From Rhizophagus irregularis (Eukaryota), in contig NC_089436.1 in the NCBI RefSeq assembly GCF_026210795.1, positions 806,001 to 870,000 on the forward strand: a DNA stretch of 64,000 nt, in the 5' to 3' direction. The notes beneath the pieces were generated by a model. That model saw nothing but the letters and a program-made list of their open reading frames with translations, ran no database searches and was not told the DNA's origin. A program made the position numbers and the translations under genes. Below are positions 50,679 to 62,424 of the stretch, piece after piece (the stretch's first letter is position 1; each line of letters begins with the position of its first letter).

Positions 50679-52750
50679 ACCTTGTAAAACAGTTTTTTTT
50701 TGAAATAGAATTTTAGAAATTTGATTATTTACTATTTAATAAATTTATTGTGCCCATCAGAGATCTGATCTTAGAAAGAAAACATTTTAGGCGAATATTA
50801 AAGTTGGACAAATGAGAATCACTGTAATCGAATAATACACATCGAAACTTAATCATTACCCGGAAATTTTCGTACCGATTTATCAATCTTAATCACAATA
50901 CGAAAATTTAAATTGTTTGTTACCCAATTAAGGTGGCAGTACTTTTAGTTACTGTAAATATTTAGAATTCGAGATTTAAGTATAACATTATCAAAGTGAT
51001 CGAATCTAAGATAAATTTTTTTCTTATACAAATCGAGATAAATTTAAAAAGCGTAATAAAATAGATATAGTTAGATGTTCTATGTACTAAACAATCGGAA
51101 TATACCGCGAATTGCGGGATAATATATCATGTGATTTTTTCACTTCAAGTTATTCACGAAAAGTGGTTGCGTTTAGCCACCTGTCATTTTTCCAATTTTA
51201 AGGTAAGGCCGCTGTGACAAACATGTCGGAATCATATGAAATCTAAATAAATAATCGTTATATTAAAATTATACCCGATATATATGTGTTCTCTCAATAT
51301 AGTGGGATTGTGGGAAAGATAAATTTTATCTGTTATATCGAATTTTTTAATATACAGAACATCATATATCGAATATCGATATGATTGCATATAAACTTTA
51401 TTTGTAATTTTCCGATTTTTATTGAAAAAAGATTTCTTAAATTTTATTATATAAAGCGATTATTTCACATTTTATATTATATATATGCTAATGTGATACC
51501 TTGCGGCGGACTATGAGAAAATATTAAGTACAAACATATGACATGATTTCTTGTATCAATTCCAATGGCGCAAAAGGAAGTTGACTATGACTTGATTACT
51601 TGAAGTATATGCAAAGATCACGTGATTTAGATATTCACTTTTCGGTTTCTTAAGATCATGTCCTCTAAAGCAAAAGCGTGTGAGATCTTTTCGTACATTA
51701 ATCTAATGCTTTGTTGAACTTTAATAATTAACGCCTTTACCTCACGGTGAGACTTCCTAAAAGCACATGAAGAATATTATAGTATCCCTAAAGTTATGTA
51801 AAAATGTATGTATGCTGTAGTAGTACAAAAAGCACACTATGGTATTTCTAAAAAAATAAAACAATTTTTTCGCGCGTTCCGTTCCGATGTTACAACATTT
51901 ATAAGAGTTTTAAATCAAATTTTTAATTTGGTAAGTCAAAAAAAAAGGTTCATACCTTCGAAAAATAAAACACAGCATACTGTACACAAAATTATTAAGT
52001 TATCAATCTCACAATCTTTTTAATTTTTAATCGAAAGAACGATATTAATTACCTTAATGAATGATTTCTTTAAGAGCACAAAAATAAACAATGATAAATA
52101 AAGAACCAAATAAAATATAACTATGGTATAGTATTATGACACAGAATGAACTTACCTAAAAAAAATTGTCTGATTAAATTGATAATTTACGTTCGATAAG
52201 GCGAGTTAATACTTGAATGAAATTTTAATTGGACATTTTAATTATAATAAAGAGAAAAAGAAAATACATGAATGGTCACGTAATACATTTGATTGTCTAT
52301 TATGATTTGTATTATTACTTTGTGTCTTTTTAACCTAACTGTATTTTACATTTTTTATTGAATATTCTAAATATAGCAACCTGCAATTGTTATCCCATCA
52401 ATGGTCGACTTCATTATGATGTGCAAAACTTATTTCCAAATTTATTCAATTAATCTCCGATGTTTACTTTAATGTGATAAAAAAAAATGTGATATAATTT
52501 TTTTTTTTTAGATTCACTTGGCGTAAATGTCTAAATGATGATGTTGTTAATAGTAATTTCATATAAATGGTTAGATATCATAGTGTGTTTAATTTTGGGT
52601 CGAATTTTATTTATGTAGTGGGAATTTTCTAAAAAGAAATTTGATTCTAATTTGATTCTTGAGAGATTTTTTTAATCATTTTTAATTCATGAGAAAATTA
52701 GTCCTAATTTGTATAAGTAATTCTGTCATTTATTTTTTATAAAGAAATAT

Positions 52751-52753
<3 letters not shown>

Positions 52754-52786
<33 letters not shown>

Positions 52787-52814
52787 TAATAATACCAACT
52801 AAATGTAATACAAA

Positions 52815-52845
<31 letters not shown>
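52754..52845. repeat. (TA)n and (TAAA)n microsatellites
   Basis: Directly visible, downstream of the DNase I stop codon. Confidence 0.9.
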
Positions 52846-52846
<1 letters not shown>

Positions 52847-52893
52847 GAAATTTTTTTTTTTATGTCCCATAAATTTTTATATAAAATTTTATC

Positions 52894-54476
52894 CTATACT
52901 TTCAATTTCAACTCAAATTCAATAGGATAATGATCGGTAACACGTTTAGCGGCTTTTTTAACTGTTTCATTATCAGTCTTTCCATTTAACCAACCATCAT
53001 CAAATCTCCATACTTTAGTATTACCAATCCATCTACGTTCATTGGCAGCTTCAAAGATAAATCGATCATAAGCTGTGTCAGGTCCATCAGCCACTGTCGT
53101 ATCCATATTATCTTGAATTCCCCATCTTAAATTATTTTTCTTTAAAATAGTGTCAAGTTCTGCACGTTGAGATTTATTTACATAAGAACCTGCAGCATTA
53201 AGATCACCCATCATTATAATGGGCTCATTAGTGTCTGCACCTGAAGGAGCTAATTCTTCGGAAAAATCTCGTGTAGAGACATGAGAATAACCTCCACAAC
53301 AACAACAAAAGATACGTTGTAAAAATGAAATGAATGTATTTGGTTCCTTTGGTCCTGTCTCTTTATCTAATTGCCTTTTTTCTTGTACATTATCCCGTTG
53401 TAATTTCTTTCTAACATCCATATAAACTGTATTAACTAACGTATTAATTTCTTCAAACGCATTATCCGGTCGAGTATGGCAACCAACAAGTGTAATTCTA
53501 ACATTTTTTCTTTCTAAATGTTGAAATCTGGCAACATAAGGTTCTCTTATAAATTTATCTCCCAATTTATCATCATCATCGATAACATAATCCTCCAAAA
53601 CTTTCCATTCATTACTTCGATACAAGAAAACGTATCTTTCTTGATAAGTAGATCGTCCAATAGGATGACTAGCCACGTAAGCATATGGCGTGGCTGGTGT
53701 AGATACTTCATTAACAAGTTCTTGAATAATATCTTCATTTGCACGAATTTCTTGACATAATATAATACCATAATGTCGTAAAATATCAGCAATAATTCTC
53801 ATAATAATCTTATTAGAAGATTTTTTAGTTCCGAAAGCTTGAATATTAAGAGAACCGATCATGGAAATATTTTTATTAAAAACTTGAGGTCTTGAATGAG
53901 AAGGGAGAGGAAAACCTGACAATAAATCATCATATTCAGATGATCCACCGATATCTCCTTCGGTATTTGTAATATTACCACTAATCTTTTTATTAGGAGA
54001 TTTAATTACAGGAGGTGATAATTTTCCTTGATCCAAAATTTCATCTTTCTTATCTTTTAACTTTTGAGCAACTTTTTTGGTCTTATCTTTTACTATAAAT
54101 TTTTGAATTTTGAATTAAAGATATTAACGATTTTTAATGAAATTCAAAAAAAAAGTGACTTACGTGTACTTTTTTCTTTATCATCATCATCATCATCATC
54201 AGGCTTCTTTTCTTTTGTTGATTTTTTCTTTTTTTTACCTTTTTGTGAAGAAGATTGTTCTGCGGTATCATCAATATATTCTTCACTTTCCGAATCGGAA
54301 GGTTTATATTTATCAATAACCTTTTTATTTGTTTTTTTTGTTTTCGTAGATTTTTTTGATTTTTTTTTTGGTTCGGTTCCAGTTTCTTCTAATTCTTCTT
54401 CTTCTGATTCATCATCTTCTTCTACTTCCTCAGACGATGGTTCATATTCTGAATCTTTATCACGTTTTGGAGGCAT
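52894..54476 (-). CDS. DNase I family endonuclease (EEP fold) with acidic/lysine-rich N-terminal extension, 503 aa
   Basis: Exons 54476-54164 and 54092-52894 join in frame over a 71-bp GT-AG intron. Motifs SLNIQAFG, QEIR, GRSTYQERYVFLYR, FIREPY, GCHTRP, MGDLNAAGSYV, DTTV, AYDRFI, TDHYPIE. Confidence 0.88.
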
Positions 54477-55823
54477 GATTATATTTTTTTCAAATTCGTT
54501 AAATAATTTCGATTAAAAAAAAATAATAATAATAATTTTTTTTCGATCAAAGGGATGGAGGAAGAAAAATATGAATTCGAATTACTGAAATCAACAAAGA
54601 TGATTTTTATATATGACATATATGACGTGTAAAAAATGACTGTAACCAAATTTTTGTAACAAATCATTTAATTTAAGAATAGTGATGTTACCCAAATAAG
54701 CGCCTAGCCACAGTTTAAATTTTTTTACGCTTAGCCCAATTAAATTCCCGCTCATAAGCCAATACTAAGCCCACTGGCTATATTATTAATAAAATACGGG
54801 AAATCCCATTTTTAACATAAAAAAATTTTTTTTTTAAAAAAAAAAATAATAATAAAAATAGTGACCCAAAAATGTCCTACGAATCATATTACATCAGAAC
54901 AAGCAAATTTTGATATAATTAATATAATTATAAACATATATGTATATATATATATATATTGTTGATCATTGGTTTAGCCGTTAATGACAAAAAAAATTTT
55001 ATCTTTGCCAAGAGAAGTAAAAAGAAGTGATTAGTGATTAAATGATTAAATATAGACAATGTCTTCATTATTATTGATAACGCAATATATTCTCACTATT
55101 CCACAAAATCGTTAGACTCTAAAAGGGAATATTTCAATTAAAAATAAAAAGAAAAAAAGTTACACGTGAAAAAAAAACCCTTATCATTAAGCTTTGAGCA
55201 TGAATGAATAAAAATATAAAAATAATAACAAAATCGGACTATGGAATTCCTCTTCTTTTATTTTTATAGATGCATTCATTGTTGATCATTGTTTGCTTAT
55301 TGGATGAGAACTTTAGCCATTTGGTGTCTCATTTGTGCCTCTCAATTTTTTTTTTGATTTTTGATTTTTTTTTTAAAAAAAAAATATAAAAAATATAAAA
55401 TAACTGATAATATAAAATAAAATAAAAATAAAATAAAATGAAAATCAAAATTCCCGAACTTTCGAGTGTAGATTAACTTAGTGTAAAAAATTATGCAAAG
55501 TAACCCTAAAACTTTCGCAAGTACCACCATTATTCAAATTTATTCATGTTTATAATAAAAGATAATCAAATATTGTGGCATAGCGAATATGAAATTACCA
55601 AAATTATGATGTAATTATGCAAATCCTTTCGTTGTTATAAGTAATATAAATTTAATCTAAACTTAAAATAAATAAGCGGGGAAAAAAATTCCAAATAATC
55701 ACATTAATACATATAATATTTATAGTATTCACAATTATTTTGACAAACACGTTTTTAAAAAAAAAGTTATATAAAGGGTCAATCCAAATTATTTCAAAAA
55801 GAATTTCCTTCATCAAACTAAAA

Positions 55824-57521
55824 ATGGGAAATAAAAATTCAGCTTCTCAATATCAAATTGAAAAAATTAGAATCATGCATACTACTTCACATAAAAATCA
55901 TAGTAATAAAATCAACAACAACAATAATAATTATTATTATAATAATAATAATAATAACATACTGATTTCAAATACACAATTAAAATATCTTTTTTTACAA
56001 CAAAATGAAAATTCCTTAAACGATCGCAATTTAAAACATAACGGGACTTCTATATCAACTTTAAATAATTATCCTTCCCAAGATTTACCTTATCCTCCAT
56101 TTGAAAATTGTAATATAAATCATTCAAATTCTTCCTCTTCATCATCATCTCCAATTCTCGATAGTCCCGAATGGGATTCTTCTTCTTCAACTTTAAATAA
56201 TTTAAAGAATTTTCCCTCTTCTAATAATATGGATTCTACAAATTTACAATCAACTTCCACATTGATCACCTCTTATGAAAAAAGTTTACCACCTACTCCA
56301 CCAATTTCATCTGATGATAATTCAGGACAAGTTGGTGATCATTTTCCTACTATTGGTCATATCACTAATACTTTCATCGTAGATGAACCTGATGATATTT
56401 CAGATACGACCATAAGAACTTCCAATCCCCCTTCTTTATTTCCAAGAGAACATGATAATAATTCCGATGAAACTGCCACATTAAACCCATCATTATTATT
56501 TAATTCAAATGAATTTTATTCTTTACCTGAAGTTCATGTAATTTCTTTATTACAAAGAGATGATATTGAAATTAGTGAAATTGAAATATGGAATCAATTA
56601 ATTGCTTGGGGAATTAAAAATACTTTCCAACTTTCAAATAAAAATTTTCTAGAATGGAATGATCAAGATTTTGATGCTTTAAAGAATACATTAAAACATT
56701 GTATTGATTGGATAAGATTTTATCAAATTAAACCACAAGAATTTGCGGAATATGTTTGGCCATATAAAAAAATTCTTCCTCAATCAATAATTGGTAATTT
56801 CTTACGAGAACAAATCACTGGTCACGCTCCTATTATGGAGACTAATATAAACCCACCAAGAATTCCTTCTAGTGATATAGATTCTATCATAATGACTGGT
56901 AGACATGCTACCATAATATCTAATTGGACTTTAAGAGAAACTTTTTGTGGGAAATGTCTTTTTAATTTTAACTTGATTTATCGTGCAAGTACTGATGGTC
57001 TTTCTTCAAAAATATTTCATGAAAAATGTGATGATAAAGGTCCAACAATTCTTGTAATTAAATTATCTAATTCAAAAGAAATTATTGGTGTTTATAATCC
57101 TTTACCTTATCAAAAATCAAAAATAACTTTAAAAAGAAGAAGTTTAATGTATAATAATAATAATCAATCAAAAAGAAAGTCAAATAGTTATGATCCTTAT
57201 ATAAATGTAAAAGAAGCAAAAAAAGATACTTTCCTTTTCTCTTTTCAAACTCGTTATTATCCTGAAGAATCTGCTATAATTAGTCGTATAATACCAAGTT
57301 ATTCAAGTGAAGCCATTACAAAAAATTCAAATAATAATCTTTGTTTTGGTTTAGGTCCTGATTTACGAATTAATTTAGATAATGATGAAAAATTTGGTGA
57401 AGTTCTTCCTTATTCTTTTCAAAATCCCATTTTAAATTTTGATGGCCGTTTTGAATTTGAAGAAATTGAAGTTTTTCAAGTTTTAAGAAAGGTGGAATAT
57501 CGAGAAGGGCGTTATTATTAA
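55824..57521 (+). CDS. TLDc protein with partial BACK domain and N/S-rich disordered N-terminus
   Basis: First ATG at 55824 (MGNKNS). Motifs EIEIWNQLIAWG, LIYRASTDG...FHEKCDDKGPTI...IIGVYNP and FEEIEVFQV. Confidence 0.88.
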   Translation: MGNKNSASQYQIEKIRIMHTTSHKNHSNKINNNNNNYYYNNNNNNILISNTQLKYLFLQQNENSLNDRNLKHNGTSISTLNNYPSQDLPYPPFENCNINHSNSSSSSSSPILDSPEWDSSSSTLNNLKNFPSSNNMDSTNLQSTSTLITSYEKSLPPTPPISSDDNSGQVGDHFPTIGHITNTFIVDEPDDISDTTIRTSNPPSLFPREHDNNSDETATLNPSLLFNSNEFYSLPEVHVISLLQRDDIEISEIEIWNQLIAWGIKNTFQLSNKNFLEWNDQDFDALKNTLKHCIDWIRFYQIKPQEFAEYVWPYKKILPQSIIGNFLREQITGHAPIMETNINPPRIPSSDIDSIIMTGRHATIISNWTLRETFCGKCLFNFNLIYRASTDGLSSKIFHEKCDDKGPTILVIKLSNSKEIIGVYNPLPYQKSKITLKRRSLMYNNNNQSKRKSNSYDPYINVKEAKKDTFLFSFQTRYYPEESAIISRIIPSYSSEAITKNSNNNLCFGLGPDLRINLDNDEKFGEVLPYSFQNPILNFDGRFEFEEIEVFQVLRKVEYREGRYY

Positions 57522-58413
57522 TATAAACTAGATAATAGATACAATTAAAAAGTTATCATAATAAAATCATTTCAATAATTTCAATAGTAATATGTTCTAA
57601 GCGAAACTTATTATTAAGTGTTAGGTATCACAGGTCGATTACTTGACTATCTATTGATCGGATTTTATACTATTTTGTTATTCTTCCCCGCAAAAGTTTG
57701 ACTTGATAAAAAAGTGACATACCAGTCATTTAATTATACTACAAATATTTATAATATATCATACATGCCAATATAAATATGTATATATTAATTTTTTTTT
57801 ACATGCCGTAATTGCCGAAGAAAAGCCACATATTAATTATTAGATAGTTGAAACTTTGAAACTAAAACTACTAATCCTCCATAATATTTTCCGAGCTTAA
57901 CAAAGTTAGCGATTTTTTGTAGTTTCAAATGTTTATTAAAAAAATCGATTTTCTTAAATTAAGCGTTTTTTTTATTTAGCGTTTTTTATTTTAGGAAATT
58001 TCATAGTGCATGATTACATAATGTGATGTTCGTTAGTCACATGTTCTTTGAAGGTCCCCGGTCACAGCCTTGCAGCCTTGCAGCCTTGGCAGTTGAGACT
58101 TCGTTACACATTAAAAAGCTCGTAACCAAAGAGAGAGAATGTGAAACGTTGCAATGTCTTATTAGGATTACCTTTATCATTTTGCCTAAAATATCATTCA
58201 TTATATAATATATATCGCAAAAATACGATAAGTCGATAAACTCTCTTTGACTCACAAGTCTTAGTCTTACAATCTTAGAGTTTGATGCAGTGTAACTTAT
58301 TTCTTGTCTATTAATAAAAAATATAATGATCTTCATCATTTCTTTTCCTTTTGAAAATTTCTTTCAGAAAAAAAAAAAAGAAATAAAATATTATATAATT
58401 TAAATTAATTAAT

Positions 58414-59648
58414 ATGTCGGATATTATTAATACAATTAATAATAATAATTTTAATACAGAAAATAAATTAAAGAATTTAGAAAACGTATTTCCTGATCCT
58501 ACCGAAGATGTATTTTGGCAAAAAGTTTCAAATGTTATAAACGAGATTGATGAGGATCCAACGAATGATGTAAGTACAATAAATAGTTAAATTATCGAAT
58601 TAAATGGTTAATAATTGATATATTTGAATTTTTAATATTAAAAAAAGTTCAGATAATTAATAATTAATAATCTTAATTATTTTAGGTTGATGCTATATGG
58701 AATCCTCATAAAAAAGAATTAGATAATCAAAAACAGAATGATCAAGAAAATAATAATTTTGTTATAGCACCACCACCTCATCATCCTGTTACTAATAATT
58801 ATACTAGACATTCACGTAAAAGTAGTAGAGTTTCATGGGGATTACAAACTGATTCAGAACGTCATATTGAATTATTGGGTGCGTATTTTTAAAAAAATAA
58901 AAATCTTATTGAATTATTTATTTATTTAAATGATTAAATTAAATTTTTTTTTTTTTTAGAGACAAAATTGAATGAAGTTATTTCAGGTCATAAAAGAACT
59001 CATACAAGATCTTCCACAATGGATTTTGATGGCACACCATTATCAACTTTAGGATATTATCCGGAGGAAGAGATTGGATCAGGAACAGTTTTTGAAGATG
59101 AGGAAGATAATTATTTACATGCTGATAATCATAATCCGCAAGAATCAGATGAAGGATTATGGTTATTATGGAAAAATCAATCAATCAGTGATTTTCAAGG
59201 TGATGAACAACATAATAATACCTCCACAACAATAAATCAATCATGGTATTTGCCTTTATTATCAAGATCCAATAACAACAATGATGATTATGATAACAAC
59301 AATAATGATAACAATAATAATAATTTACCCAGATTAACAAGAATGAGAAGTGAAAATTATGTTGCTAATTATCGTGATGTTCCAAATGAATTTCCATTTT
59401 ATGATGAAGATGAAGAAGATGGATATGATTTAAATGATGAAATATTATTAAGTAGAGCTAAAAGAAAGAAAGAAAAAGAGTATTTAAAATTTAATGCAAG
59501 AAGTTATGAGTGTTGTGGTTGTAATACTACAAATGGTTTATGTGCTGGATTGTGGGGAAGTTGGTGCTGTAATTGGGTTTGTTTACCTACTATTTTATAC
59601 ATAAGAGAAAAATGCTGTTGTGGTGTTTGCGGTTTAGAAGATGATTAA
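58414..59648 (+). CDS. Hypothetical acidic/Asn-rich protein with Cys-rich C-terminal membrane-association module
   Basis: Three exons (introns ~58570-58686 and ~58879-58959). C-terminus ECCGC...LCAGLWGSWCCNWVCLPTILYIREKCCCGVCG. Confidence 0.7.
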
Positions 59649-60216
59649 ATGGTAACAATAAATTTCATTTTTATATATGTATGTATGTATTTACAAATAG
59701 AGTTGTCTCATAAAACGTAATTAATGGAGTATGGATCATATAACAACTTTTAGTATTAATGAACTATATACGAAAAAAAAAAAATGTATTTAAATAATTT
59801 TAATAATTTAAAAGACCTTACAGTAAACGGTTAAACATTTTAATGATATTATATATTTTAAAAACTAGATAAAACCGGTTCGATTAGAATTTGATGATGG
59901 AATTCCTTTCTGCTATTTTACGTATGATTGATTGCATTTAAATTATACACTTACAATATTAAATCTCGTAATTCGTAAATAGTGAAATTCCTTTGATAAG
60001 TGAAAATTTCATGTGATCATTATGATCACTTTTGTGTTTAAATTTATCAATTATTGCATCATATAACTAGGAATATATACGTATATGTATACTTGTTACC
60101 AATGGCAATATCATAAGAACGCTGCGCCTATTAAATACTTAAAATATTTAACTTCCTAAACAAGAATTTATTTTATTATGAAATAATGCACATTTTGGAT
60201 AGTATCATACGTATTT

Positions 60217-60288
60217 GGGGATTTAGCTCAGTGGTAGAGCAATCGACTGCAGATCGATAGGTCACTGGTTCAAATCCGGTAGTCCCCT
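60217..60288 (+). tRNA. tRNA-Cys (GCA), intronless
   Basis: 72-nt cloverleaf: acceptor GGGGATT/AGTCCCC, D arm GCTC/GAGC, anticodon stem ATCGA/TCGAT with loop CTGCAGA, T loop TTCAAAT, U discriminator. Confidence 0.97.
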
Positions 60289-60422
60289 CAAAGGTTCCAC
60301 TTTCCTCAAGTTTTTCTTTTTTTATAATTTTGCGTAAGCACGTGATTCGATAAATAAATGAATCGAGCGCTGATTATCTTTTTTTAAACCCTTTTTTTTT
60401 ATCAAAACTTTTTTTTTTAATA

Positions 60423-60855
60423 ATGGTGGTTCGAATTAGATTAGCACGACATGGAATAAAAATAAGAAATCGACCATTTTATAATATAGTTGTAGCAAAT
60501 GCAAAAACACCAAGAGACGGTAAACATATAGAAAAAGTGGGATTGTATGATCCAATTCCAAACGAACTTGGAATTAAAAATGTTGAATTAAATACCGACA
60601 GAATTAAATATTGGTTAAATGTTGGTGCATGGCCGAGCGATACTGTTGCAAGACTCTTATCAAAGGTAAGAAATATATTTTTTTGATTATTATTTTTTTA
60701 TTTTCTCTTCCTTTATTTTTCTTTTTATGTTTGCTTAGGCTGGTATTATGCCTACTTTACCTAAAGATGTAAATAAACCGAAGAATAAAAAATCAAAGTT
60801 ATCCGTGAATCCAAATAATAAAATGAAAGATATATCATCTGAACAAAATTCATAA
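60423..60855 (+). CDS. MRPS16: Mitochondrial ribosomal protein S16 (bS16m)
   Basis: MVVRIRLARHG...RPFYNIVVA...RDGKHIEKVGLYDP...RIKYWLNVGAWPSDTVARLL. Intron ~60666-60739, then second exon AGIMP...NS*. Confidence 0.95.
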
Positions 60856-60889
60856 AGGCACGTTATGATTTATACTATTTTTAGTTTTT

Positions 60890-62424
60890 TTATTGAATAA
60901 CTTTAAAAACTTCAATTTCTTCAATCCAAAATCTAGCTTCAGTATCTCTTATGGGTTTATCATAACATCTCCACCTACAAAAACCTTCTCTTGGTCTTGA
61001 GATACAAGAAAATTCCATATCACCTTTACCAAAACTTGGACCAAAGTTTTCACCATCATAAATAGCATAATATTTAAGATTTGGTTGTATTCTACTTAAA
61101 ATATAATTTGATTCTGATGACAAATCACCCAAATTAAAAATAAAACTATCATCTCTTATAATATATTGATTTGCACTTTTCCATCCAACAGGATTGTAAC
61201 CTCCAATGATTTCTTCTTTACAACAACCATCGATATTACTTTTAGATTTAATTAGAACAAGAGAAGGACCTTGATTATCACACATTTTGTGAAATTTTTT
61301 AAAGGAGAATTGATGTTTACTTCCTCGATATAAAAGATTAAATCTTATTTTACCAAATTGAATTTTACCATTAACATTTAAATTACCTTCATTTGAATCA
61401 ATCCAATTTGCAATTATAGTAGATTGCTTATGATTAATTAAAGTTGAATTTATACTATAAGGAGGTTTTCTTGATGTCAAATTTATTTTAATAGTTTTAT
61501 CTTCAAAATGATATCTCCACAATAATAAATTTGATGGTAATATCGATTGAAAAGGTTTGACTTTTGTTTCATAATCTTCTGTTGAAATATCTGAAAATCT
61601 TATTAAAGAAAGTAATGGAGATAATGTCGTTTTTAATGAAGTAAAATCTATTGAAGTATATTCATCAATGGTTTCATATTCAATTTCATCATCTTTTATT
61701 ATCATTTCAATTGGGGTAGAAGAATTATGTAAACCCCATTGAATTATATAATTCCATAATATAATTTCTTCAATCCTAACATCATCACTAGATAAAATTG
61801 CAATTAAAATTGATTCATTCGTTGATAAAAATGCCGGTGAGGAGAAAAATGGTTGAGGTTCTTTTGTTATTAAATCTATACAATATGTTTGAAGTATTTT
61901 AAATGCTTCATGTTTAAATGCTATATCAGTTACTGTACTAATATTTTGTTTTATGAATTCAGAAGAATGTGATATTAAATGTTCTTGAACATGAGAAAAT
62001 AATTCCTCAAATGCTAATTCATCTATCGTTTCTAACAAGTGAATTATCTCGGATGTCGTTAGATTGGAAAAAACCAAAGTTCCGGTATATACGTAGCTAG
62101 ATAAGAAAAAAAAAAATTGTTTAATTTGATTCAATAAAAAGCTTTTTATTTTTTTTTTTATTTTACTTACTTTAATATAACTTCAAAGACATTTGGCAAA
62201 ATATTTGGTTTTTTAAAAATTATATTACGATTTTCATCTTTTTTACACCAATCATTTGATAAAGCAGATTTAAAATATAAACATCTCGCCTTTAATATGA
62301 TTGAATGAGCCCTAAATACTTTTATATTTGGTGGTTGTCCTATTTCTAATAAGACATTATAGTCATCTGAATTTTTTAATAAATTAGATACGTCGGTAAA
62401 TAATTTTGATAAAAACGATGTCAT
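60890..62424 (-). CDS. BTB/POZ-BACK-TLDc domain protein
   Basis: DDYNVLLEIGQPPNIKVFRAHSIILKARCLYF, intron 62097-62170, EIILWNYIIQWG, LLYRGSKH...CDNQGPSLV...IIGGYNPVGW...GPSFG...EEIEVFKV. Confidence 0.93.

Noticed and set aside
54064..54516. + strand Ser/Phe-rich 150-aa ORF
   Set aside because: It is the antisense shadow of the Glu/Lys-rich first exon of the DNase I gene.
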